Assembly: GCF_006345805.1 (NCBI RefSeq)
Contig: NC_043008.1
Span: forward strand, 50,096,001 to 50,160,000
DNA length: 64,000 nt
Origin: Octopus sinensis
Taxonomy: Eukaryota
Reading direction: 5' to 3'
The position numbers were made by a program, and so were the translations under genes. Position 1 is the stretch's first letter, and each line of letters starts with the position of its first letter. A model generated the notes under the pieces. That model was not told the origin of the DNA. It saw nothing but the letters and a program-made list of their open reading frames with translations, and made no database searches. Positions 25,406 through 38,293 of this stretch are shown piece by piece.

Positions 25406-26225
25406 CCCGGGAAGCAAAATTTTTTTTCCACAAGAGTTCTAGGCTTCAGTTATGAACTCATTTGCATACAGCCAATCAGAGCTCAACTATCAAACTAACT
25501 TATGAGCACATAAGTGATGGGCGATAAGATAAGGTCACTTGGGTAAGGAATGACCATGCTTCTTCTTTCTTTTACGTGCCACCGACTGGCCTCCGTGTCG
25601 GTGCCACATAAAAAGCACCATCCGATCGTGGCCGTTTGCCAGCCTCATCTGGTACGTAAAAAGCACCCACTACACTCATGGAGTGGTTGGCGTTAGGAAG
25701 GGCATCCAGCCGTAGAAACACTGCCAGATCAGACTGGGCCTGGTGCAGCCTTCTGGCTTCCCAGACCCCAGTTGAACCGTCCAACCCATGCCAGCATGGA
25801 AAGCGGACGCTAAACGATGATGATGATGATGATGATGATGAATGCTTGTTGTTCTTGTTCTTGTTCCAACCATGGCTGCCTCTGCGTAGTTATTTATGTT
25901 GATCACTTTGTAAAACAGTAAGGGAAGAGGATTGCTAGCATATCGCCTATCTACCCACATTTTTCCCATCCACATCTCTACCATATGAGGCCCTAACAAA
26001 ATCCAATAATAGGTACAGATGCAAATCTGTCTAATTACTTGTCTCCTTCTAAAATCAGGCGTAACTTGGTGATTGGTCGCCTTACAACACCATTCTTTGT
26101 CTTGAGTTTACTTGGTAGAGTTTGTTTGTTAACTTAACAAGATCAAGGTGAGCTGATTGGCTGTATGCAAATGAGTTCATTACTGGGGTCCAGGACTCAT
26201 GTGGGTAAAAAATTTTGCGCCTTGG
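25406..26225. mobile_element. Non-autonomous DNA element with ~80-bp inverted termini, interrupted by a SINE-like repeat (25574-25840)
   Basis: 25406-25488 is the reverse complement of 26146-26225, with perfect core ATGAACTCATTTGCATACAGCCAATCAG. Confidence 0.7.
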
Positions 26226-26325
26226 AATACCATAAACTGGGGTACAGCTCAATGCTGCATTTGCATGGTACTAAAAAAATTATAGTCAAAGTATTAAAAA
26301 ATACACCATCCAGCATAGTGTAAAT

Positions 26326-26578
26326 CAGTGGTTCTGAACCAGGGTCCAGATGGCCCTTCGTGGCCCATTTAAGATTTTGTTGTTAAAATTTAATTGCAAT
26401 AAATTGGTTAATACTTCTACAATGCACAAAATATTTTAATTTTCTTTTTATACAATTCCTAATAATATTTAATTACAAAAACATATGACTTTTTTAAACA
26501 TTGGATGGCTATGAGGGACCATCCAGGTAAAATAGGAATTAAAAGGGTCCATAAGCAAAAAACTGCTGAGAAACTCTG
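26326..26578. mobile_element. hAT (Charlie-like) MITE
   Basis: Termini CAGTGGTTCT.../...AGAAACTCTG with a perfect 8-bp TSD GTGTAAAT (26318-26325, 26579-26586). Confidence 0.85.
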
Positions 26579-29500
26579 GTGTAAATGAAATGAATAAGGT
26601 CATCTTAAAAGATTTTTTCAACTTTAAGATCAAAGAGGAGGGGCTGAAGTGATTGTGGGACTGAAGAGGAGGGGACTGAAGAGGAGGAGAGGCTGAAGAG
26701 GAGGAGAGGCTGAAGTGAAGGAGGAGCTGTAGAAGAGGAGAGGCTGAAGGAAAGGAGGAGTTAGAAAGGGAAGAAGAGTTAAAAGGGGAAGACGAGGAGT
26801 GACAATCAGAGAAGGGAGTAGAAAGGATTATCATAATCATTATTTAAAAAGATAATGATTCAACATGTTAGAGTTTTGTGAACAAAAACAGCTTAACAAA
26901 TGGAATGGAACTGATACTGCTTAACCCTAAACCTTTCCAATATACCAATAGACATAGGTTTCAAACCTGTATTAATGTTATACTGCACTACTGGATATAT
27001 TTGCAGAGTGTTTAACCAATGCTGTATGTATATACACAGATACAAATGTAAACACTGTATTGATATTCTGTATCTTTGTGGACAGACAAAGAGGGATCAA
27101 TCAGTCTAGTTTCAAACTTCTGATCACACTCTTTAACCATCCACAGAAACATAGCTTATAAAACCCACTCTAAGTAAGGGTTTTAAGTAAACTGGATTGC
27201 CTGGTTTACATATATAATGTATTCTCGGCAGATAATTTAATTGATAATTAACTCATGTGTTGTGTCTTATTTCAGTGCCATAATGTACTACAAAATCTAT
27301 AGATTTATGGCCAACACTGTATCTACAGAGAAATATCTGTCCACACAGTTGCCATAATTATCATTTAAGATACCTTTTGCCATGTCAGCAAGGGTTGGAT
27401 GGTTTGACAGGAACCAACAAATCAGAGAGCAGTGCCAAGTCTCATTGTCTACTCTGGCAATGGCTTCTACATGCTGGATGCCCTTCCTAATGCCAACTAC
27501 TTTACAGAATGTAGTGGAGGTATTTTTTCATGGTATCAGCACTAGCGAATTTGCCAAGTACTCATGAGACAAGACCCCCACCACCCAAAGAAAAAAGTGA
27601 ATGGAATGTAATATGAGAGAATGTGAAAGTATGATAGAGGGACAGGAAGAGGTGTCTTGCTTGCTGAAGAGGTGAACACGTGGCTTCCCTGACTGGAAAG
27701 TGGGCGAGTGAGAGAGAGGAGGAGGAGGATGAGGCCATAAGGCTCAAGGTACAAGATGAAAATGAGAGAGAGAATAGGGATAAAAGAACAGAAGAGGCAG
27801 GTGGGGTGGATAGGGAAGTTTGGAAAGAGTTCGAGAGATGATTAGAGATGGGAGGAGTTGAGGTGAACACAGTTAATATCAATTTGGGAGAGGAAGGAAG
27901 GAAGGGAGGAGGAGGAGGGGGAGGGGTGATGATGATGATGATGATGATGAAGAGGAGGAGGAGGACGATGACAAGTCGTTTTTATGCCCACTTTTCATGC
28001 TTGCAAGGGTGAGATGGAACATGTTGAGTCATATTCTCTACCAAATGCACTCAAGAAGACACTTGCCCAAATTTCAACACAATGAGACTGAACCCAGAAC
28101 CATGGTTAGAAAGCAAACTTCTTAACCACACAGCTATGCCAGTGCCTATAGCCACACCAGTGCCTACAGCCACACCAGTGCCTGTACAATATTGGCTAAA
28201 AATCTACACAAAATTTCTATAGAACAAAAATAGCACTGAACCAAAGCATCGTTGATGCACCATTCAATTATTGTTCTGCTGTGGGAGTTCGCTCACTTCC
28301 AAACCAGTGAAACAATCGATAAGATGGGTGGGTGGTATATAATGTTGTGTTACAAACACCAGGATGGAGCGAGTGGATGACAAAACATAATTTAATCATT
28401 ATTATGTTAAACCAACCATGTCAAGATGATCTCCTGTAGTGTCAGATGTGACTGCGGCATAAGATGGATGGTTGGATGAGTGGGTGAGCAGATGGATGTA
28501 TATGACAATGATCAACCAATCAATTACCTCTGTTCCATTTATCAATCAGCCAATCACTACTTCTGTACTCCCAATCATTTAATCAATCCACCTCTCTTGT
28601 GCTCCCATCTGTCATTCAATCCGCTGCCCCTGTGCCACAAGTCAATCAACCATTTGACTGTCATCAGCCTAATTAAAAAATTAGCCGGAGCTACTCACTA
28701 ACAATAACAATCATTAAGACCATCTACTCTGTGTCAATATTGTCTGCAGTGGTCATATTTGGAATGCCTTTTTTTTTTTTTGTGGGTCAAATGTAATCCT
28801 TATACATTCACATTACTTTGAATTAATCAGTTTATGTTCTGGGTTCAAATTCCGTTGGGTTCAACTTTGCCTTCTGCCCTTTCAAAATTGGTAACATAAG
28901 TACCAGTTGAACACTGCAGTTGATTTAACCGACTTAACCCCTCCCCTCAAATTGCTGGCCTTGTGCCAAAATTTGAAAACAATATTTTGAATTAATCATG
29001 CATTATCTTCTAGCTTTGAGATTTTCATAATGTGATTGTTTATTTTTAGGGGGACATTGTAGGGCAGGTACAAGAGGCTGGATCTGGCTGGTTTGAACAT
29101 AAAACAAATAGAATATTTAAGCCAAATATGGTCAGTTAGTTTGAATACTAAAGGATTAAACAACAACAAGCTCTGAAGAACTGCACAAACACTACATAAC
29201 AATCAGACTAATTTCCTGGCATTGTCACCAAGTTTAGCTTGATGAACACTCCTATTACAGAGACATACAAAGTTCAATGAGAGGAGAGTATTTCTGCCTA
29301 TTCAAGGAGGTTTTTAATGGACATCCTGCAGCACACTGATACAACAATAACAAATAAATGAATACGTATCTTGTTTAAAATGTGACTGTTTTATAAGAAA
29401 ATTTAAGGATAGGAAATGTAACGTTACTGACAAACATGACAGTTTTTTACTCTTTTGATACAAACTTACCTGACAGCAACTCGATTCTTTTACACAACAG

Positions 29501-29748
29501 AACCTGTTTTAAAGTAGTTATATTTAAAGAAAGGAAAAACTTTTCATTGTAATTTACATAAGAACCTTTGTTAGATTCCTAAATATCACCATAATCTTCA
29601 TTATTTGTTTCCTTTTGCTTGCTTTCTCTTTCTCTCTCTCTCTCTAATTATATTTCATTACATTTCATCACTATTAATGATTGAATTTGGCAGATAGAAA
29701 CTGAAATTAACCTGTTTGTTTCTTTATATATATATGTATATATATATA

Positions 29749-29838
<90 letters not shown>

Positions 29839-29849
29839 TATATGTGTGT

Positions 29850-30160
29850 ATCATCATCATCATCGTTTAGCATCCGCTTTCCATGCTGGCATGGGTTGGA
29901 CAGTGCGACTGGGGTCTGGGAAGCCAGAAGGCTGTGCTATGCCCAGTCTGATCTGGCAATGTTTCTACAGCTGGATGCCCTTCCTAATGCCAACCACTCC
30001 GTGAGTGTAGTGGGTGCTTTTTACGTGCCACCGGCACACAAGTGCCAGACAAGGCTGGTAAACGGCCACGGTCAGATGGTGCTTTTTACATGCCACCGGC
30101 ACGGAGGCCAGGCAAGGCTGGCAGACAGCCACGATCGGATGGTGCTTTTAACGTGCCACG
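29850..30160 (-). mobile_element. (GAT)n-tail SINE-like repeat, inverted relative to 25574-25840
   Basis: Reverse-complement match; internal tandem subrepeats GGTGCTTTTTACRTGCCACCGGCAC. Confidence 0.85.
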
Positions 30161-30162
30161 TG

Positions 30163-30204
<42 letters not shown>

Positions 30205-30518
30205 TACACACACACATATATATATATGCCTCTCTCTCTTTCGGAGAGGCACTGAGCAATATGGAATAATTGCTATGAAGCATTGTGTAGAATATATTGT
30301 ATAAAGGATCGTGGGTAAGGCCAGAACAATGCGAAATAAATGCAAAGCAAATCACAAGAACACAAATATATGAATTAATAACCCTGAAATATTGAATACA
30401 AGGTGAGTCTACATTAATTCATATATTTGTTTTCTTGTGATTTGCCTTGCATTTACTTCGCATTGTTCTGGCCTTACCACAATCCTTTATACAATATATA
30501 TATATATATATATATATA

Positions 30519-31130
30519 GGTAAACAGTAAAATTAATTACAGACATGGACAAGAACATGAAACACCACAGAGACGACACAAGAACCACAGGACGGGACAT
30601 TCGAAGCCCTCAGTCATCAGTCAAGAACCAGATCATCTTAGCAATTTCGGCTGATTAATCTATGGATATATATATATATATATATATATTTGGAAAAGGA
30701 TGCGGAACAAGATCACAAAGCAGCCAGAAAGTTAGATGATACAAAAAAGGGACAACAAAACATCCAGACAGACGATACAAAAAAACAAGGCCGGGTCATT
30801 TGGAGTTTTCTTTCTTCAGTCAAGTTCCAGATTATCTTTGCAATTTCAGCTGCTTATACTTGAGATTGCTCCAATCTGGCCAGCCCCAAGGAAAAACTAA
30901 GCTAAGAGCACTAGATTCCTTGGAAGAAAGCAGCAAATGTATACAGAAACAAGGGCAGAAAAAACAGAGAAATGGTACACAAATACAAATGCAAATAAAG
31001 GACATTAACAACAGGTGTCTTTCGACTAAAGACGAAGTAAATTAAGCTGGCGTGTGTGGAAGTGAAGCCTTACAGCAGGGACACAGGAGATGACAGGCAT
31101 AGTAAAGAATATAGATGTTGCAAGGATGGT
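30519..31130 (-). mobile_element. Two related (TA)n-embedded repeats, probably Penelope-like terminal repeat fragments
   Basis: 30590-30661 and 30789-30860 are homologous and both sit in (TA)n tracts. The class is inferred. Confidence 0.45.
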
Positions 31131-31134
31131 AGTC

Positions 31135-31508
31135 AAACTAATAATGCTCGGCCACATACAGTGAGGCTGACATTCCAAAGGCTGGAGAAGTTTGAATGGG
31201 AAATGATGCTCCACCCACCACATTCACCAGACATTGCCCCATCTGATTATCATTTATTCCAAAATTTACAAATTTATTTGGGAAGAAAAAACATGAATTC
31301 TGTAGACGAGGTCAGAACAGTACTGGAGGAGTAATTTTCATCATAGACAAGTGAATTTTGGAAGAGGGGCCTTGCAAGTCTACCAGATAGACGGAAGGGC
31401 ATTGTAGAAAATGAAGGAGAGTATATTTTAGATTAAAAAAAGAAAGTTAATTTTGAAAAATAAAAGATATATTAAAAAAAAACGCATTATTCATGGGATG
31501 ACCCAATA
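31135..31508 (+). pseudogene. Mariner (DD34D) transposase C-terminal remnant with right TIR
   Basis: NNARPH...HPPHSPDIAPSDYHLF motif, continuing through stops to ...LPDRRKGIVENEGEYILD*; ends ATGGGATGACCCAA-TA. Confidence 0.92.
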
Positions 31509-31616
31509 TATAATGGGTATAGTGATCGAGTGCATTTTTTCCAGACCTATGGACTCTTAGATGGCTTGTGCACATGCACACGCACACACACACACATACA
31601 TATTTATATATATATA

Positions 31617-31757
31617 TTAGGTTGTCCCAAAAGTTAGTAAACACTTGTGAAAATTGAATTTTTACTCGCCAAGTACTAACAAAAACAACGAAAATTATTC
31701 CTCAAAATAAAGACCATTATTTTCCAAGACTTTCTACGAACTTTTGGGACAACCTTA
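31617..31757. mobile_element. Tc1/mariner MITE
   Basis: TIRs TTAGGTTGTCCCAAAAGTT / AACTTTTGGGACAACCTTA flanked by TA. Confidence 0.85.
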
Positions 31758-31992
31758 TATATAAACAATTGCAGCATGGAAGATGTTTTGTAAGCCATTT
31801 AAAAACACACAAAAAGCATTAGTTTCACTTCAACATTTAAATTTAATTTGTGTTGATATATTTTTTTTATTTTGAAACCGTGACCTATTCACTGACAAAA
31901 CTTTGTGCTGCTTCTGAGAAAGTAACAGTTAGTTCATGATGTATATGTATGTATGCATGTAAGTATGTATGTATGTATGTGTGTATGTATGC

Positions 31993-32312
31993 ATATGCGT
32001 GGCTTAGTGGTTAGGGCAATTGGCTCATGATCGTAAGGTCATGAGTTCAATTCCCGGTGACATGTTGTGTCCTTGAGCAAGACACTTTATTTCACGTTGC
32101 TCCAGTCCACTCAGCTGGCAAAAATGAGTAGTACCTGTATTTTAAAGGGCCGGCCTTGTCACACTCTGTGTCATGCTGAATCTCCCTGAGAACTATGTTA
32201 AGGGTACACATGTCTGTGGAGTACTCAGCCACTTGCACCTTTAATTTCATGAGCAAACTGTTCCGTTGATCGTATCAGCTGGGACCCTTGTTGTCATAAC
32301 CAAAAGAGTGCT
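31993..32312 (+). mobile_element. tRNA-derived SINE (CORE-like)
   Basis: A box GTGGCTTAGTGG, B box GAGTTCAATTCC, then GTGTCCTTGAGCAAGACACTT. Confidence 0.85.
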
Positions 32313-33963
32313 CCTGTGTATGTATGTGTGTATGTATGCATATGTGCACATGTGTATGCATGCATATACGCATATACACATGTATGTCTGTATATATTTA
32401 TGTATGAATATATGTACGTATGTATGTGAGTATTTACATATGTGTGTAGACGTGCCTGCGTGTGTATATAAGTTTTGTCAGTGAACAGGTTGCAGTTTTA
32501 AAGTGACAAAAATATTTTGACAAACTAAATTTAAATGTTGAAGTGAAACTAACAGTTTTTAAATGGCTTACAAACATCTTCCATGCTGCAATTGCTTTTG
32601 TTTCAGCACACAATCTCAGATCAAGTCACTTGCTATGCAAGTACATCTCCATAATATACATTGGACCATTAGCTCCTACACACATTTTTTTCTTTCCTTG
32701 TTTCTTTTCTGTGTATCTTTCTGTCGAAGAGCATAGGCTCGAAACGTAAAAGACTTGTTTTATTTCTATTCCTGAGCGCCATACTAATACAATTGTTTGT
32801 TTGTACTCCACCTGCCTTTGTCTTTTGTTTATTTTCGTAAACCTGCCTTCATCTTGTTTATTTTCGTAAACCTTCCTGTTACATTTACATATATATATAT
32901 ATGTATATATAAAGAGAGAGGGGAGGGGGAGAGAGGTAAGATCCGAAACCCAAGGAAACTACCAAAAATTATCTGTGTAAGCAAGCATTAGCCTGGGTAT
33001 CCTTTTAAAATCTATAAGAGATGAATTGGCAGAGACAGGAAGAGTATTGACAACAGGGAGAGCAACCAGTTGTAGAAAATCTGCCTCAACAAAAAATTGC
33101 ATTTGACCCATGCAAGCATGAAAAGATGGATGCTAAATGATAATGATGAGGATTACAGCCATAGAATGTCATGTGGTATTTGTCCTAGCATGTTTACATT
33201 CTCAGTTGTGGAATAATTGACTGAATCAATCACCTGGTTCCCAAATGTACCCTTTCTGTTTCAATGTTCACCTTTCCATGCTTACAGGGATTAGATGGAG
33301 GTTATTGAAGGAAATATTCAATGGCTGGATGCCCTCCCTGCTACCAACCTTCACCTGTTTCCAAGTAAATGTCATATATCCTTAGATGAAGATGTTGTTT
33401 GTTTTGGCAGTGATACTCGTTTACCTCCCATGATGACAAGACAAGGAAACACACACACACACAATAAGTTTCCTTCAGTTTCTGTTTACCAGATCTACTC
33501 ACAAGGCTTTGATCAGCCCAAGGCTAAAGCAAAAGCCACTTTGCTGAAGGTGCAGTACAACAAGGAATGACCCAGAAACAATATGTTTGGGAGGAAACTT
33601 CTGAAGTACACAGTATAAAAATAAACAAATTGCTGAGATAAAAGAAAATGGCATGTGGTTGGTTCATTAATAAATTCTGACAGAAAAACAAAACATGGGC
33701 TTCTTAATTCTAGTATTTCCTGATTTACTAGATTGGGCGGATATTAAATAAATTAACTTGCTGCTGTTTAGCCCAAGGTCAGCCCTGATCTGGTGACTTC
33801 ACCGATCATTTGTTTTTACCCAGAGCTATCTAGAAACCTCTTCAGCAGCCTCAAAGTTGTTCTTGCTGGATCTTTTCCTACTCGTTCCTGTAATGCCTAG
33901 GGTTCAGTATGCTGGGTCTTTTTGGATTCATGAAATTCCTTTATATCATATATATATATATAT

Positions 33964-34140
33964 AGTGGCTGTGTGGTAAGTAGCTTGCTTACCAACCACA
34001 TGGTTCCAGGTTCAGTCCCACTGCATGGCACCTTCGGCAAGTGCCTTCTACTATAGCCTCAGGCCGACCAAAGCCTTGTGAGTGGATTTGGTAGATGGAA
34101 ACTGAAAGAAACCCATCTTATACATGTATGTATATATATG

Positions 34141-34171
<31 letters not shown>

Positions 34172-34387
34172 ATATATGTGTGTGTGTCTGTGTTTGTCCC
34201 CACCAACATCGCTTGACAACCAATGCTGGTGTGTTTACACCAACATAACTTAGCGGTTCATCAAAAGAGACTGACAGAATAAGTACTAGGCTTACAAAGA
34301 ATAAGTCCTAGGGTCGATTTGCTCGACTAAAGGTGGTGCTCCAGCATGGCCACAGTCAAATGACTGAAAAACGTAAAAGTAAAAGTA
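33964..34387 (+). mobile_element. CORE-like tRNA SINE with central (TA)n(TG)n tract
   Basis: GTGGCTGTGTGGTAAG head and ACCTTCGGCAAGT core; same family at 44713, 47685 and 63275. Confidence 0.88.
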
Positions 34388-34824
34388 ACACAAACATATA
34401 TAAAGAAAGAGAGAGGATGCATAGTAAGATCATGGTTTCAATTCCTAGACTGGGTGGTGTGTTGTGTTCTTGAGCAAAATACTTCATTTCACATTGCTCT
34501 GCAATAACTTTGACACCTGATGTGATACACCATACAAGTGTTCAGGCAAAATCTTCTGTGCAGGTTGTTTGGTAAAAGTTGAACACTCATACATCGTCTT
34601 TGCCAGGAGAGTCCATCATATACAAATGCATATATATATGCACACATGTATATCCCTTTTGTATTCGGATTACTTTGTGGAATATAAGGTTTATTTATTT
34701 ACATCATTTTGAATTAATCTTGCAGTATCTCATAGCTTCATGATTTCAAGTATGTGAATATAAATATACTATTAAAATTATTTACATTTGACAAATATTT
34801 GTCATCTTGTTTATTGTTAACACA

Positions 34825-35300
34825 ATGTTTCAGCTGATATACCCTTCAGGACTCTCTCTCTCAGTGTGAAAGGTAGACTATATGATGCTTGTGTACAAAC
34901 AGCTATAGTCCATGGTGGTGAGACATGGGCTCTGAATGCAGAAGACATGCATAGATGGAGTGAAACGGAGGTGGTATGCTCCATTGGATGTGCATCATCA
35001 GTGCGCATGTACAACAAAGTGCAAGTGTATTGAGAGAAAAGTTGGGCATAAGAGGAATTAAGTGCAGCATGCAAGAGAGAAGACTATGTTGGTTTGGACA
35101 TGTGATGCGTATGAATGAGGACAGCTGCGTAAAGAAATGCCAATCACTGAAAGTGGATGGTAACTGTGGAAGAGGAAGACCCAGGAAGACTGGGATGAAA
35201 TGGTAAGGACCGATCTGAGGAAGTTGGGCCTCATGGAGGAAATGACAATGGACTGAGATGTCTGGCAATATGAAGTTCTTGAGAAGACCCTCCCACCTTA
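34825..35300 (+). pseudogene. RTE-clade LINE reverse transcriptase C-terminal remnant
   Basis: LSVKGRLYDACV...GGETWAL, RRLCWFGHVMRM and GRGRPRKT motifs with frameshifts. Confidence 0.9.
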
Positions 35301-36521
35301 GCAAAATTGAGTTCTAGAAGCACTATGTGTCCCACCCACAAGAAAACTTCTCACACACTCTACCACAACAAACCAAATTACATCTCTACATCTCTTCTCT
35401 TCTTCACATTTCCACTTCGTATACTCTGATTACCTCTCACTCTCCAATCCTGTCCTCTCGGCTTTGCACCACTGTATCATTGCTCTCCACTTGACCCTGA
35501 GCTGTGTGTTCTACCCACATGCCTTGACTCACTCTATTACTGCTATCTGCTAGCCACCCACCAGCCTGTGTGCTCCACCCATATATAACTCCTCCGTACA
35601 CTATGCCTAGCACTCACTTCCCAATCCTGCTTCCAAACCACATGGTTTTAGGTAGCCACAGACCAACCAAGGCCATGTGAGAGGATTTTGTAGGCAGAAA
35701 CTGAAAGAAGGAAGGCTGGTGTGTGTGTGTGTGTGTGTGTGCATACATGTGCATTACTGTCATCTTGCCTTGACATTGCATGGTAGTTGCAAACCAAGTG
35801 TCACTGTCATTTGTTTCTGTGAAAATGTGTCTAGCCATGGGGAAGTATTACATCTGTTGGAAATAGTTGAGAGTTAGCAACAGGAAGGGCATCCAGCCGC
35901 AGAAAATCCACTTCAAAAAACTTTCGTCCTGCTTCATGCAAACATGGAAAAGTGAATGATAAAACAATGATGGTGATGATGATATTGAGGTAATGGGGTG
36001 AGATATTGGGAAATAAAGGTAGGAAATGTGGGCCCATTTTTGATGGGTGGGGGAGGGGAGAAGTTGAGTGGTGACAAAGTTCACTTCTCAACCACAGGGC
36101 TTCTGGTTCAGTCCTTTTGCATGGCACCTTCAGTCTACTGATATAGCCCCAGACTGATTGAAGCTTTGTACCAGGAGTGGATCTGATAGACAAAAACTGA
36201 GAGAAGACCACCCTCTGTGTGCGTGTGTGTGTGTGCATGTGTGCGTTTCTTTACAGCTGCACTTTATTGAAAACAGTTAAGCTACAATTTGTCATTTCCC
36301 TGTCAACAAATCATCGTCTTCCTTCATATCTTCAGATACATGTGAAATAGGGGGCCCCTCACTTGAAAAACAGGTATGCGTTAATGACAAGCTGGGTATC
36401 TGGGTGTAATACAATACCTCAATACTTTATTTGTCTCACCCAAAAGTTAGCATGGAAATAAGGATTTAAAAGACAAATGGATATATATGTATGTATTTAT
36501 GTATATGTATATCTATCTATG

Positions 36522-36590
<69 letters not shown>

Positions 36591-36684
36591 TTATAGAAGG
36601 AGCTCCTTCTATAAAATAAATTAATTTACTCTGCTATGTATTGAGTACCTTATTGACTGTGGTTAACCCCGACTCAACCCGGGA

Positions 36685-36733
<49 letters not shown>

Positions 36734-36814
36734 GTTTTTCAAGTATTTTGCCCAAATTGATAATCCCTCACTATTTGTTCTATACATATATATATATATA
36801 TGTATACACACACA

Positions 36815-37275
36815 CAGGGTGCGATGGATAAATTGTCACCATTTTATATTTTTAATTCCATGCATGTGTATTGGTTGTTTTTGATTTTGTTGACTACACA
36901 GTACAGTAGGGTCAGTTGGGCACCATCTGTGAGAAAAACAGCACCATGGCGCAATTCACTCTGCCAGACATTTGGAAATGACATGCTGTAATGCTTGGTA
37001 TTCAAACCAAAGCTCTAATATGAACAGATGGCGAACACACAGAACAACCGTTGCCATTCCGTGTCCCCAAAACATGTGCTAATAGTGATAAAAATCAGAC
37101 ATCCAGTCAACATCAGGTTATTTGGAGTGATCGCTAGTGATGGTGATGTTACACCTCTATTCATCTTCCCACACGGCCTCAGACTCAACACAGAGGTCTA
37201 CATCAAGTGCCTGGAGGCAGTAGTGCTGCCCTGGGCCAAGAGGGTGGCTGCTGGAAGATCATATGTCTGGAAACA
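36815..37275 (+). pseudogene. Tc1/mariner-superfamily (maT-like) transposon remnant
   Basis: CAGGGTG terminus; HPVNIRLFGVIASDGDVTPLFIFPHGLRLNTEVYIKCLEAVVLPW resembles the catalytic-domain middle region. Confidence 0.8.
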
Positions 37276-37839
37276 CACCCACATACATCAATAAATACAG
37301 GGTTCCCTTACTTGACCCACCCTATAACCATTATCACATTGTCTCCATTACTCCCATCCCAACACTGTCGCCTCTGCTATTCTCTCCACTACCATCCTGT
37401 CACAATTAATCTGTTGCATCTATTCTTCGTCAATTATTGGGCCCTTTTAGGTCTTGCAAGTTCCCAAGCAGATTCACTAGTGCTGGTGCCATGAATAAAA
37501 AAAAAAGGACCCAAAATACAAATGATTGGCATTAAGAAGGTCATCTAACTATAGAAATCACACCAAAGTTGACACTGGTCCTCTGAATTATCACATCCTG
37601 TCCAAACCATACTAGCATGGAAAATGGACATTGAATAGGCGCCGGTGTAGCTAGTTTCCCAGCCGCATGGACCCAGGTTCAGTCCCACTGCATGGCACTT
37701 TGGGCAAGTGTCTTCTACTATAGCCTTGGGCCAATCAAAGGTTTGAGAGTGGATTTTGCAAGACAGAAACTAAAAGAAGCCCATCGTATATGGCATGACC
37801 ATTGTCAGTGCTGCCTGACTGGCTCCCATACTGGTGGCC

Positions 37840-38293
37840 AGCAAGTGGCTTGAAAGTCGGATAGCAGTAATTGTACATAATTGACAATGACAAAGCTTAG
37901 CCCACTGGCTGGTAGTTTGTAGTGTGGAAGGTGTATTCTGCTGGTAGAGAAAGAGTAAGGAGTGCCCTGCGCTGACAAGAGAGGAAGAAAGGGTAAAAAG
38001 GGCACTGTCCCTTTCTTATTCTGTACGAAAGCTACTCTTGGTTTTCCTGCTGAAAGCCAAAGAGAGTAGAGAAACAGGATTCTCCCTTATATAGCCTATA
38101 GCCAGGAAGTAGGTTGTATCTGAAACAAAGGACTGACCCTTCTGTGACCAGCAAAGGTCATAGGAGTTCAAGTGTTTCCCTGTCTGGAGATGAAAACACA
38201 AAGGATCACACACTTGTCTGACAATCAACAAGTCTATGGATGCAGTTTCAAATCTCAGGCAGACAGGCAGGTAGGGCCAAACAAGGTCCCACA
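37840..38293 (-). mobile_element. Possible solo LTR
   Basis: Non-repetitive ~450-bp block starting TGTGGG on the minus strand with an internal CTATATAAG box; no clear TSD. Confidence 0.25.

Noticed and set aside
26469-26840. Ser/Pro-rich 123-aa ORF
   Set aside because: It derives from a GAGGAGAGGCTGAA low-complexity repeat plus a hAT MITE.
29269-29335. 57/67-nt pseudo-exon GCPLKTSLNRQKYSPLIEL
   Set aside because: Weak donor context and no compatible neighbouring exon.
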